From: a virus
Virus record (IMG/VR): IMGVR_UViG_3300011335_000900
Span: 65,106-129,105 of that record
DNA length: 64,000 nt
Direction: 5' to 3' (one strand)
Position 1 is the stretch's first letter. Every line of letters starts with the position of its first letter. The notes below the pieces were generated by a model, which saw only the letters and a program-made list of their open reading frames with translations, did not search any database and had not been told where the DNA came from. A program made the position numbers and the translations under genes. Below, piece by piece: positions 7,145-17,038 of the stretch.

Positions 7145-10006
7145 ATGGCTGAACAAATTAAAAGAAAAGTTCCAATCCAGTGGGTTCAAACTATAAAAGA
7201 TGATGGAACCTATGAATTTACTCCTGATCCTAACGTATATTCTACAGAAAAAAATGTACCTTCAACAAACGTAATTACTTTACAAAGTACTGTAATTGAT
7301 GGTATTGATACTACTAATAGATTTTTATATAACTCTGCAGGAACTGCAGTATTATCTTGGGAAAGTTTAAATTTAACAGATCAATATGGTGTTGGAAGTG
7401 TAGATTGGGGAGGAAGAGTCCTAGTATCTACAGGTGGTAATAGAGTATTAAATTGGCAAAATGATTTAAATCTCATTTCTCCTGTATACTATACAAGTGA
7501 AATTGTAAACATTACTCAAAATCTTTTTTCTGCAACATCATCATATGCAGGAAAAACAATTCAAGGTTCATCCTCAGCTGCTTTATATGATGTTGTAGCT
7601 TATGATAAAGATACATTTACTTGGAATCCAGTAGCTACAAAATCAACCCAAGCTACATATGTTTTAGGTATTTGGCTTCCGGGCAATCTTGTATTATTAG
7701 AAGGAGAATTAGTGGTACATGATGATTATGGAACTTTTGGTCCTTATATAGCAGGTCATATAGGAGGGGCTCCAATATATTTACAATCAGATGGAGTAGG
7801 TGTAATGGATTGTACTCCCCCAACAGTCTCACCAAATATAGTTAGAGTTTTAGGATATACCTACTATAAAAACACAACATCAGGAGGTGATTGGATCATG
7901 AAATTTTCTCCACAGGATTATGTATCTTCTCCCACTATTCCTGCAAGTGCATCATATGCAACTAGTGCTTCATATGCTCTAACAGCCCAAACTTTATTAG
8001 GATCAGTTACTAGCGCATCATATGCAACTAGTGCTTCATTTGCTTTAACTGCTTCATTTGTAAGAACAGCACAAACGGCTTCATATGTTCAAAATGCTAT
8101 AAGTTCAAGTTTTGCTACAACAGCATCTTACGTTCAAAATGCTCAAACGGCATCATTTGTTCAAAATGCACAAACAGCAAGCTATGTTTTAAATGCAGTA
8201 AGTTCAAGCTTTGCTTCAACTGCTTCATTTGTTCAAACGGCTTCATATGTAGAAACATCCCAAACAGCTTCATACGTTTTAAATGCAGTAAGTTCAAGCT
8301 TTGCTTCAACTGCTTCATTTGTTCAAACGGCTTCATACGTTTTAAATGCTCAAACGGCTTCATACGTTTTAAATGCTATAAGTTCAAGCTTTGCTTTAAC
8401 AGCATCTTACGTTCAAAATGCTCAAACAGCATCTTATGTTCAAAATGCACAAACCGCTTCATTTGTTCAAAATTCAATAAGTTCAAGCTTTGCTTCAACA
8501 GCATCTTACGTTCAAAATGCACAAACAGCATCTTATGTTCAAAATGCTCAAACGGCATCATTTGTTCAAAATGCTCAAACGGCTTCATACGTTTTAAATG
8601 CTATAAGTTCAAGCTTTGCTACAACGGCTTCATTTGTTGTAAGTGCTTCATATGCTCAAACTGCTTCATATGTTAATACACTTAACCAAACTGTATTAAT
8701 AACTGGTTCATTAACAGTAGGTGCAACTTCTGCAGGAGCTAGCGAAAACACACTAACTTTAGGAGCTCGTGATGCTGCTAATGAAGGTGGACAAATAGGA
8801 TTTAATGCCCCTGGAGGAACATATACCTCAGCATCATTTATTGATAACTGGCAAAATAAAGCTAGAATATTAAAAGGAAATAATACTACAAGTACCGGAT
8901 TAATAGCTCAGTGGGATATACATACCACTCAAATGCAACTTGCAGGATATACAGCAGCCTCTTCCTTTCCAGGAACTGCAACAGCTAATTTAGCAGTAGA
9001 TTCTGGTGGAAATGTTATAACGGTATCAACAACAGGAGGAACAGTTTTCCCATATGTAGGAAACGCAGTAATAACTGGATCTTTAACTACCACAGGTATA
9101 ATTTATGCCCAACCAAATGGAGGTATGTACTTCCAAGGTGGTGATGATGCTGCACTATATGATATTAACGTATCAAACCATATGGGTATATATGGGGTGC
9201 AGGATTCTACAATAGCTTCTATTAAATTAGGAAGTGGTGGTGGAATCATATCAGGTAAAAGCAACAATATTGGGATTGGTACTATTAACCCCACCTCCGC
9301 TTCTTTCCAAGTAAATGGAAATGTTTGGGCAAATTCATTTACAGGAAGTTTATTAGGTACCGCTTCATATGCTTCTCAAGCACTATCAAGTTCATATGCT
9401 TTAAGCGCATCATATGCTTTAAATGCAACTACATCATCTTATGCTTTAAATACTTTAAGTTCTTCATATGCTCAAACCGCCTCATTTGTTCAAAATACAA
9501 TATTTAATCCACGATTAGTAGGATTTTCTGTAGCAAATGGCACTACTATAACAGGACCGGGTTCAACAAGTCCTAGAATATCTACTGAAATTACAATCCC
9601 TGCAGGTACACTAGCAACTAATTCAATTATTGAAATGATATGGATGTCAATTAGACTTTCAGGGGCAGGCGGAACAATTCAATCTGCAGTTTATTTAAGT
9701 ACTAGTAGTGGAACACTTGGTAGTAGTCCAACAGTAGGATCAACTTTACTAGCTACAGGAGCAAATATGATTTCAACAAATGTTATTGTAAAAAATGTTA
9801 GAGATCTTAATAAACAAAGTACTAGTGGAACAGTAGCAAATGCCGCTACTCAATATGGTTCAGATTTTGGTCTTCAAACAGTTGTAACATCATTTACAAT
9901 TAATAATTCTAGTACATTATATCTTCAATTTTGTGTTTCATCTACTGGACCAGCAGACACTTCTTGTATTAGAAATGTTAGAATAACAGAATATAAAGCA
10001 GTATAA
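7145..10006 (+). CDS. Fibre/adhesin-like virion protein with 9-aa Ser/Thr/Ala repeats
   Basis: Tandem ASYVQNAQT/ASYVLNAVSSSF; NIGIGTINP fibre-type motif. Confidence 0.7.
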   Translation: MAEQIKRKVPIQWVQTIKDDGTYEFTPDPNVYSTEKNVPSTNVITLQSTVIDGIDTTNRFLYNSAGTAVLSWESLNLTDQYGVGSVDWGGRVLVSTGGNRVLNWQNDLNLISPVYYTSEIVNITQNLFSATSSYAGKTIQGSSSAALYDVVAYDKDTFTWNPVATKSTQATYVLGIWLPGNLVLLEGELVVHDDYGTFGPYIAGHIGGAPIYLQSDGVGVMDCTPPTVSPNIVRVLGYTYYKNTTSGGDWIMKFSPQDYVSSPTIPASASYATSASYALTAQTLLGSVTSASYATSASFALTASFVRTAQTASYVQNAISSSFATTASYVQNAQTASFVQNAQTASYVLNAVSSSFASTASFVQTASYVETSQTASYVLNAVSSSFASTASFVQTASYVLNAQTASYVLNAISSSFALTASYVQNAQTASYVQNAQTASFVQNSISSSFASTASYVQNAQTASYVQNAQTASFVQNAQTASYVLNAISSSFATTASFVVSASYAQTASYVNTLNQTVLITGSLTVGATSAGASENTLTLGARDAANEGGQIGFNAPGGTYTSASFIDNWQNKARILKGNNTTSTGLIAQWDIHTTQMQLAGYTAASSFPGTATANLAVDSGGNVITVSTTGGTVFPYVGNAVITGSLTTTGIIYAQPNGGMYFQGGDDAALYDINVSNHMGIYGVQDSTIASIKLGSGGGIISGKSNNIGIGTINPTSASFQVNGNVWANSFTGSLLGTASYASQALSSSYALSASYALNATTSSYALNTLSSSYAQTASFVQNTIFNPRLVGFSVANGTTITGPGSTSPRISTEITIPAGTLATNSIIEMIWMSIRLSGAGGTIQSAVYLSTSSGTLGSSPTVGSTLLATGANMISTNVIVKNVRDLNKQSTSGTVANAATQYGSDFGLQTVVTSFTINNSSTLYLQFCVSSTGPADTSCIRNVRITEYKAV
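7940..8670 (+). repeat. Degenerate 27-bp coding tandem repeat (ASYVQNAQT)
   Basis: Repeated gcatcttacgttcaaaatgctcaaac-like units; boundaries approximate. Confidence 0.9.
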
Positions 10007-10010
10007 AAAT

Positions 10011-10217
10011 ATGGAAAATATAACTAAAATACTAGGAGGATTTACAATAACAAATTTGAATACAATTTTTTTGTATGAAGGTAATTACGAAATTTTAGAA
10101 AATGATTACATACATGTATATACAAATCAAGGTATTATTTATCTTAATTTATCATATACTATAGAAAACCAATCATTTACTAACATTAATGATTTTATAA
10201 ATTTTTTAATTGATTAA
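10011..10217 (+). CDS. Small fibre-associated hypothetical protein
   Basis: 68-aa ORF directly after the fibre gene. Confidence 0.6.
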   Translation: MENITKILGGFTITNLNTIFLYEGNYEILENDYIHVYTNQGIIYLNLSYTIENQSFTNINDFINFLID

Positions 10218-10330
10218 ATTAATATAAAAACTTGTGTCTTACCAGGGGCGTCTCAATAGAAGGATGGGAATGGTATGATGAATCACCTATTAAAGAACAA
10301 CCTACAGATACCACATAATATTTATTATAT

Positions 10331-10675
10331 ATGTCTACAAGAATTCCATTCCAATGGAACACAGCTAATTTTAAATGGGATGCTATAAATCCAACTGATG
10401 GAAAAACATATCCACTAAATGAAATTGTAACAGGAACAAATAGATGGGATGATTGCGCTTTAATTATTGAATTAATTAATGTAGGAGGAAAAGGGCTTGG
10501 CAGTTATTTAAAAAAACACCCTGAAAAGAAAAAACGATTTATTAAACTTTTATGTCAAGTTGAGGGCATAGAATACAAAGAAACTAAAGAGGTACTAAAT
10601 CGTCAAATACGTATAACGGATGTAACACTAGTGGCTAAAGAAGTACTAGGAATTGATATTAAAATAAATAGGTAA
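10331..10675 (+). CDS. Hypothetical protein
   Basis: 114-aa ORF after a TATTTAT motif. Confidence 0.7.
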   Translation: MSTRIPFQWNTANFKWDAINPTDGKTYPLNEIVTGTNRWDDCALIIELINVGGKGLGSYLKKHPEKKKRFIKLLCQVEGIEYKETKEVLNRQIRITDVTLVAKEVLGIDIKINR

Positions 10676-11220
10676 TGTATATATTATACACAGATAAACA
10701 AGAAGTATTTGAATGTTCTATATCACTAGAGGGTGCTTCTGTAAAAAATAGTCAAGCACGTTTAATAGTAGAATCAGATAATTTAAACCTTTTATTTAAA
10801 GGAACTATTGACTCTAACGGTAAATGTACCGTTCCTATTAAAAAATTAAAAAACTTATTAGAAGAATCAACAAAAGGCAAAATAAGGCTTGAAGTTATAG
10901 CAGACGATACGTATTTTACACCATGGGAATCAAATTTTGAAGTAGAAACAGCAAGAAAGGTAACAGTAGAAGTGAAATCACAATCAAATCAAAATATTAT
11001 AGCTGAATCTAAACCATCAATTAGTGTAAGAAACATTAAAGCTGGAGATCATATTCAAAATTTAACTCGAATACTTGTAAAAGAAAATATTGGCTTAACT
11101 AACATGGCTTCAAATAAAGTTAAATTAAATAATATTATATCTTCTTACTTAAAAATAAATAAAATCAGCAATGATGAAAAAAGCGGAATAATCGAAGGAA
11201 TTATTCAAACATTAATATAA
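10675..11220 (+). CDS. Hypothetical, probably structural, protein
   Basis: 181-aa ORF; beta-rich N-domain. Confidence 0.7.
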   Translation: MYILYTDKQEVFECSISLEGASVKNSQARLIVESDNLNLLFKGTIDSNGKCTVPIKKLKNLLEESTKGKIRLEVIADDTYFTPWESNFEVETARKVTVEVKSQSNQNIIAESKPSISVRNIKAGDHIQNLTRILVKENIGLTNMASNKVKLNNIISSYLKINKISNDEKSGIIEGIIQTLI

Positions 11221-11229
11221 AAATAAGTT

Positions 11230-14200
11230 ATGGCAGGACCTTTCGATTTAACAGGTCAAGATATTGAAAACACATACCAACGTGTTCTTCAAACAGATGG
11301 AACAGATATATATGATGGAACCGGATCATTATTTACAATTTCAGGTAACATTAATACAGGATCGTTTGTAACTACATCTTCATTCAATTTATATACAGGT
11401 TCAAATACCTCACAATTTGCAGGTACTGCTTCATTTGCTCAAACAGCATCTTACGTTCAAAATGCTCAAACTGCTTCATTTGTACAAAATGCTCAAACGG
11501 CATCTTATGTTCAAAATGCTCAAACAGCTTCATACGTTTTAAATGCAGTAAGTTCAAGCTTTGCTCAAACAGCATCTTACGTTCAAAATGCTCAAACTGC
11601 TTCATTTGTACAAAATGCACAAACGGCATCTTATGTTCAAAATGCTCAAACTGCATCCTATGTTCAAAATGCTCAAACAGCATCTTACGTTCAAAATGCT
11701 CAAACTGCAAGCTATGTTTTAAATGCAGTAAGTTCAAGCTTTGCTACAACAGCATCTTATGCAGCTAATGGAGGTGTAACAAAAATAATAGCAGGTGGAG
11801 GAATCACAATATCCCCATCATTAGGTTTAGGAGATGTAACAATCAATTCCACAGCCGCAACCTTTAATACAGCTACTGGCTCATATGGTAGTTTTTACGA
11901 TACTGGATCACAAACAGCAACTAGTGCTACTGTAATCTATTCAATGTCTTTAAGTACAACAGATATTTCAAATGGAGTATTTGTTAGCGGATCTGATAAA
12001 ACTAGGGTATATGTTACTAATGCTGGAGTGTATAATTTTCAATTTTCAGCCCAGTTTAGAAATACTGATACTAGTGATGAACAGCATGTAGCGGTTTGGG
12101 TAAGAAAAAATAATATTTCATCTGCTAACGATATAGTTGATTCTAATAGTTTTATATCTGTTTCAAAAGCTAAAGGAGGAAATCCTGGAGAAACTATAGC
12201 AGCTTGGAACTTTTTCTTACAATTAGCAGCTGGAGATTTTATTCAATTATTATGGCATGCTGAAACAGCTAATGTAATTACACTAGAAACAATACCAGCG
12301 GGTGTTTCCCCAACCCATCCTAGAACCCCATCATTAATTTTAACAGCAAACCGAGTAGATACATTCCTTTCAAACACTGGATCATTTAGTGGATCATTTA
12401 CAGGAAATTTTACCGGATCTTTACTTGGAACCGCTACAACAGCAAGCTATGTTTTAAATGCTGTAAGTTCAAGCTTTGCTACAACTGCATCATTTGCTAC
12501 AACGGCTTCATATGCTTTAAATGCTTTAAGTGCCTCATATGCACCAGACACAACATTCCCATACACAGGTAGTGCTTTAATCACAGGATCTTTAGGTGTA
12601 ACAGGTTCAATTTCTACATCTGGTTCAAACGGAACCATTAATGGTTTATTTTTTAGCAGAGGTGGTGGAAATGTTTCCACAAATATCTCAATTGGTGCAA
12701 CAACAAACTTTGGCTCCTCTGCAACAGGTACAAATAATTTTGCAGCGGGAAGTGGATCTTTAAGCAAAAATACAACAGGGTGTTATAACACAGCAATAGG
12801 AAATGCTGCTTTATCTAAAAATACAACAGGAAAATACAATACAGCAATAGGGAGATATGCTTTATGTTCTAATACAACAGGAAACTGTAACATTGCTATA
12901 GGTCAAAGTGCTTTAATCTTAAATACAATAGGTGTAAATAATTTTGCAGCAGGAAGTAGTGCTTTATCTAATAATACAACAGGATGTTATAACACAGCAA
13001 TAGGACTAAATACTTTACGCGATAATACAACAGGATGCAACAACATAGCAATAGGAACTATTGCTTTACGTAATAATACATCAGGATCCAACAATACAGC
13101 AATAGGACGTGCTGCTTTACTCGATAATACAACAGGATCCAACAATACAGCAATAGGATGTTATGCTTTACGCTGTAATATAGTAGGAAACCACAATACA
13201 GCAATAGGATGTAGTGCTTTATATGCTAACACATCTGGATCAAATAATATAGCATTTGGCCAAAGTGCAGGAAAGTGTTTTTCCGGAAGTTCTTCAAACA
13301 ATATAGCTATTGGATTTGAAGCAGGTCCCTCAACATTAACTCAAGAAAGCAATAAATTATATATAGCATCGGGCTCCGGTACACCACTAATAAAAGGTGA
13401 TTTTGCTGCAAAAACAGTAGATATTTCTGGTTCTTTAACAGCAACATCCCTTACAGGTTCACTTTTAGGAACGGCCTCAAATGCTGTAACGGCTTCCTAT
13501 GTTTTAAATGCAGTAAGTTCAAGCTTTGCTTTAACAGCATCCTTTACTCCAAATGCTTTAATAACAGCATCTGTATCCTCAAATACAATTACATTCACTA
13601 AAGGTAATGGTACAACGTTCCCAATCACCGTAAGTGGTGGAGGAGGTGCAGCATTTCCTTTTACAGGATCCGCTTTAATCACAGGATCTTTAGGTATAAC
13701 AGGTTCAATTTCAACTAGTGGCTCAAACGGTACTATTAATGGTTTATTTTTTAGCACAGGTAATGGAAATGTTTCCACAAACATATCAATTGGTGCAACA
13801 ACAAACTTTAGTTCCTCTGCAACAGGTGGGTATAATTTTGCAGCTGGAAAGGGTGCTTTAAAACGTAACACAGCAGGAACCCATAATACAGCAATAGGAT
13901 ATAAAACTTTATGCTTTAATACAACAGGATTATTTAATACAGCAATAGGACGTTATACTTTATCCTATAATACAACAGGAAACTACAACACAGCAATAGG
14001 AAATAGTGCTTTATATTGTAACACTTATGGACACTCTAATACAGCAATAGGAAATCAAGCTTTACGAGCTAATACAACAGGATATCATAACATAGCTTTA
14101 GGAGGTGGTTTAGGATCAAACACTACAGGAGCCCACAATACAGCAATAGGAGAACGTGCTTTACGCAGTAATACAACAGGATACAACAATACCGCAATAG

Positions 14201-14496
14201 GAAATCGTGCTTTAATCAGTAATATAACAGGATATCATAACATAGCTTTAGGAGAGAGTGCTTTATCCTATAATACAACAGGACTTCACAATATAGCTTT
14301 AGGAGCTGGTGCCCAATCAGGTGATTACTCCTATTCAGTAATTTTAGGAAAAGATGCTACAGCAACAGCAAATAATCAATTTGTAGTTGGAGCACAATAT
14401 ACTAATGTAGGAACTGTTGTTGCCGCAAGTTGTAGCTCAACAAAATATTGGGAAGTTATGATTAATGGGGTTTTAGAAAAAATACTATTAGCTTAA
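11230..14496 (+). CDS. Fibre/adhesin with YadA-head-like 14-aa beta-roll repeats
   Basis: ASYVQNAQT repeats, a C1q/BclA-like segment (AGVYNFQFSAQ), two arrays of NTTGxxNTAIGxxAL. Confidence 0.75.
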   Translation: MAGPFDLTGQDIENTYQRVLQTDGTDIYDGTGSLFTISGNINTGSFVTTSSFNLYTGSNTSQFAGTASFAQTASYVQNAQTASFVQNAQTASYVQNAQTASYVLNAVSSSFAQTASYVQNAQTASFVQNAQTASYVQNAQTASYVQNAQTASYVQNAQTASYVLNAVSSSFATTASYAANGGVTKIIAGGGITISPSLGLGDVTINSTAATFNTATGSYGSFYDTGSQTATSATVIYSMSLSTTDISNGVFVSGSDKTRVYVTNAGVYNFQFSAQFRNTDTSDEQHVAVWVRKNNISSANDIVDSNSFISVSKAKGGNPGETIAAWNFFLQLAAGDFIQLLWHAETANVITLETIPAGVSPTHPRTPSLILTANRVDTFLSNTGSFSGSFTGNFTGSLLGTATTASYVLNAVSSSFATTASFATTASYALNALSASYAPDTTFPYTGSALITGSLGVTGSISTSGSNGTINGLFFSRGGGNVSTNISIGATTNFGSSATGTNNFAAGSGSLSKNTTGCYNTAIGNAALSKNTTGKYNTAIGRYALCSNTTGNCNIAIGQSALILNTIGVNNFAAGSSALSNNTTGCYNTAIGLNTLRDNTTGCNNIAIGTIALRNNTSGSNNTAIGRAALLDNTTGSNNTAIGCYALRCNIVGNHNTAIGCSALYANTSGSNNIAFGQSAGKCFSGSSSNNIAIGFEAGPSTLTQESNKLYIASGSGTPLIKGDFAAKTVDISGSLTATSLTGSLLGTASNAVTASYVLNAVSSSFALTASFTPNALITASVSSNTITFTKGNGTTFPITVSGGGGAAFPFTGSALITGSLGITGSISTSGSNGTINGLFFSTGNGNVSTNISIGATTNFSSSATGGYNFAAGKGALKRNTAGTHNTAIGYKTLCFNTTGLFNTAIGRYTLSYNTTGNYNTAIGNSALYCNTYGHSNTAIGNQALRANTTGYHNIALGGGLGSNTTGAHNTAIGERALRSNTTGYNNTAIGNRALISNITGYHNIALGESALSYNTTGLHNIALGAGAQSGDYSYSVILGKDATATANNQFVVGAQYTNVGTVVAASCSSTKYWEVMINGVLEKILLA
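11420..11760 (+). repeat. 27-bp coding tandem repeat shared with the 7145-10006 gene
   Basis: Same units as 7940-8670; boundaries approximate. Confidence 0.9.
12730..14310 (+). repeat. Two arrays of 42-bp coding repeats, each preceded by a duplicated ~170-bp block
   Basis: aatacaacagga..aatacagcaatagga..gcttta units; ~12556-12730 resembles ~13654-13828. Confidence 0.85.
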
Positions 14497-14524
14497 ATTT
14501 ATTCTTTTAAAATCTTTATATAGC

Positions 14525-14597
14525 AATCAAAAATAAATTAAAACAAAACAAACAACAAACACAACAAACAAAATAAACAAACTAAACAAACAAAACA
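14525..14597 (+). repeat. A/C-only low-complexity (CAAA/CAA)n leader
   Basis: aaaacaaaacaaacaacaaacacaacaaacaaaataaacaaactaaacaaacaaaaca directly before an ATG. Confidence 0.8.
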
Positions 14598-14870
14598 ATG
14601 GAATCTTTAACACCAAATCCTCAACAATCAATAAGCGCAGCTTTTGATTCAGTTAATTTAATTAACAATACTATTTTAGAAATAGTAAATGATAATAACA
14701 AATCTACCGTTACAAGAAATGTTCAACATTTAGAAATAATGTTATCAAAAGAATGGTTTTCAGAGGCATTAACACAACAACAATTAACAGATATTAATAG
14801 TTGTATAGCAAATGGAAATTCATACACTACAGAACCTATTATAGAAGATATAGTAACTGAAGAAGTATAA
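14598..14870 (+). CDS. Small fibre-associated hypothetical protein
   Basis: 90-aa ORF (AAFDSVNLI...RNVQHLEIML). Confidence 0.7.
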   Translation: MESLTPNPQQSISAAFDSVNLINNTILEIVNDNNKSTVTRNVQHLEIMLSKEWFSEALTQQQLTDINSCIANGNSYTTEPIIEDIVTEEV

Positions 14871-14935
14871 TTTTGTAAAAAACATTTGGAAATTTTAAAA
14901 AATTTCTGTATGTTAATTTATATTAAATAAAGTTT

Positions 14936-15757
14936 ATGGATAAAAAAATCTTTTACAATGCATCCCTCCCACGGGCGGGATCTACATTATTACAAAATGT
15001 AATGATGCAAAATCCTGAAATTTACTCAACTCCAACTTCAGGTATAATAGAATTTTTGTTAAACGCAAGAACTATTTATACAACAGGAGATGCCTTTAAA
15101 GCACAAGATGCTGAAACTATGAAAAATGGTTTTAAAGGTTTTTGCAAATATGGATTACAAGGTTTCTTTAAAGGAATAACAGAACGTCCTTACGTAATGG
15201 AAAAAAGTAGAGGGTGGTTAGGCCATTATGATTTTCTTGAATTCTTTAATGAAGAAAAACCAAAAATCATATGCATGGTGCGAGACTTAAGAGCGGTATT
15301 TGCCTCTATGGAAAAAAACCTACGTAAAAATCCAGATAAAGATTCACTTATTATCAATAATGTTGAATTAAAAAATATGACTACGGTTTCTCGTATAGAT
15401 CATTTTTCAATTTCTCCTCCAATTGGTCCTTCAATGGAATGGTTAGCAGATGTTGTTCATAGAGGATTAGATAAAAATATTTTATTTATCCGTTTTGAAG
15501 ATTTTACTACTGACCCAGAAACAGAAATTAAAAGAGTATACAATTATTTAGAATTACCATATTTTCAACACGATTTTAACAATGTTGAACAATTAACTCA
15601 AGAAAATGATATCATACATGGTATGTTTGGAGATCATAAAATTCAACCTAAAATAAAACCCGTAAAAGATGATTACATTGAAATTTTAGGTCAAGAACAA
15701 AGTGATCGATTAAGACAACATTACGATTGGTATTTTAAAGCATTTAATTATATTTAA
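14936..15757 (+). CDS. Sulfotransferase family protein
   Basis: 5'-PSB loop SLPRAGSTLL, EKSR, 3'-PB motif MVRDLRAVFAS, IRFEDF. Confidence 0.88.
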   Translation: MDKKIFYNASLPRAGSTLLQNVMMQNPEIYSTPTSGIIEFLLNARTIYTTGDAFKAQDAETMKNGFKGFCKYGLQGFFKGITERPYVMEKSRGWLGHYDFLEFFNEEKPKIICMVRDLRAVFASMEKNLRKNPDKDSLIINNVELKNMTTVSRIDHFSISPPIGPSMEWLADVVHRGLDKNILFIRFEDFTTDPETEIKRVYNYLELPYFQHDFNNVEQLTQENDIIHGMFGDHKIQPKIKPVKDDYIEILGQEQSDRLRQHYDWYFKAFNYI

Positions 15758-15765
15758 AAAAGGTT

Positions 15766-16191
15766 ATGATTTATTGGTTTACAGGCCAGCCAGGAGCTGG
15801 AAAAACAGTTTTAGCAAACGCGTTAAAACAGCAATTAGAAAATACATTTCACATAGATGGTGATGATTTACGAGATATATTTGATAATAAAGATTATAGC
15901 GAAGATGGACGCCGTAAAAATATTGCTTTAGCTCAACATATATCCCATTTCCTATCTAAAAAAGGATGTAATGTAGTTGTTTCTTTAGTTTCCCCATATA
16001 AAGATCAAAGAGAAGAATTTAAAGAAAAACTTGAAGATTTAATTCAAGAGATTTACGTTCATACAACAGATATTAGAGGTAGGGAAAATTTTCACGTAAA
16101 AGATTATCAACCCCCTACATCAAATTATATTAACATAGACACAACAAATATTTCAGTTGAAAATTGTATAAACAAAATTATAAAGTTATGA
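15766..16191 (+). CDS. cysC: Adenylyl-sulfate (APS) kinase
   Basis: WFTGQPGAGKT P-loop, IDGDDLR, YSEDGRRKNI, VSLVSPY. Confidence 0.88.
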   Translation: MIYWFTGQPGAGKTVLANALKQQLENTFHIDGDDLRDIFDNKDYSEDGRRKNIALAQHISHFLSKKGCNVVVSLVSPYKDQREEFKEKLEDLIQEIYVHTTDIRGRENFHVKDYQPPTSNYINIDTTNISVENCINKIIKL

Positions 16192-16592
16192 AAAATTGGA
16201 GTAAAAAAGTACACGTACAATCATCTCTAGAATCTAAGCCAAATCAATATGCAATGTTTATTGGTCGTTGGCAACCATTACATGATGGGCATAAAGCATT
16301 ATTTCAACAAGCTTTAGACGAAGGTAAAAATATCTGGATTGCAATCAGAGATGTTAAAACAACAGAATCTAACCCATTTAATGCTCAAGAAGTACTTGAA
16401 AATATTGGAAACGAATATAAAGAACTTTGTGGACAAGGTAAAGTTAAAGTTAGTATCATCCCTGACATATGTTCAGTTGAATTTGGTAGAGGAGTTGGCT
16501 ATGATATTATTGAACACACACCACCACAAGAAATACACGATATATCAGCAACAAAAGTTAGAGAACAAATGCGTAAAGAAGGAAAGTTATGA
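16188..16592 (+). CDS. HIGH-motif nucleotidyltransferase (cytidylyltransferase-like; possible minimal ATP sulfurylase)
   Basis: IGRWQPLHDGH, NPF, GRGVGY, ISATKVR; start chosen at AAAGTTATG. Confidence 0.75.
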   Translation: MKNWSKKVHVQSSLESKPNQYAMFIGRWQPLHDGHKALFQQALDEGKNIWIAIRDVKTTESNPFNAQEVLENIGNEYKELCGQGKVKVSIIPDICSVEFGRGVGYDIIEHTPPQEIHDISATKVREQMRKEGKL

Positions 16593-17035
16593 ATACAAAA
16601 TCTCAAAAATTCCAAATTAGATTTAATACAGTATCTACATGCGAAGAAGACCGTTGGCGTTTAATTACCGATGGTGAAGAAATTTTAGTATCTAACATTG
16701 TAGTAGATGGACACACATCCACTTCTAAAGATTGGATGCAAGATATCAAAGATTACAAATGGCATATCAGCTGTGAAGGATATGTTAGTATTAAAAATAA
16801 TATAGCATATATAGTAACCATCAAAGAGGAATCAGTGATGACTCGACACATATTAAAAACAATATCGTATCGTATTTTAGGAACATTAACTACAGTAACA
16901 ATAGCTTATTCTTTAGGTGCTTCTTTAGAAGTTTCATCTATGCTTGGAGTAGGTGAATTAGTACTTAAACCGGTAATTTATTTCTTTCACGAACGTGTTT
17001 GGTATAAGTACATTAGAATAGGATCAAAAAAATAA
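16589..17035 (+). CDS. Protein with C-terminal DUF2061-like membrane domain
   Basis: RHILKTISYRILGT...YFFHERVW. Confidence 0.7.
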   Translation: MNTKSQKFQIRFNTVSTCEEDRWRLITDGEEILVSNIVVDGHTSTSKDWMQDIKDYKWHISCEGYVSIKNNIAYIVTIKEESVMTRHILKTISYRILGTLTTVTIAYSLGASLEVSSMLGVGELVLKPVIYFFHERVWYKYIRIGSKK

Positions 17036-17038
17036 AAA

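Noticed and set aside
7940-14310. Regular short repeats as a CRISPR array
   Set aside because: Repeats are in-frame, degenerate and coding, with no unique spacers; the only Cas-like gene is a stand-alone Cas4-like nuclease common in phages
12730-14310. Classical diversity-generating retroelement
   Set aside because: No reverse transcriptase or non-coding template repeat in the window; scaffold adenines are conserved
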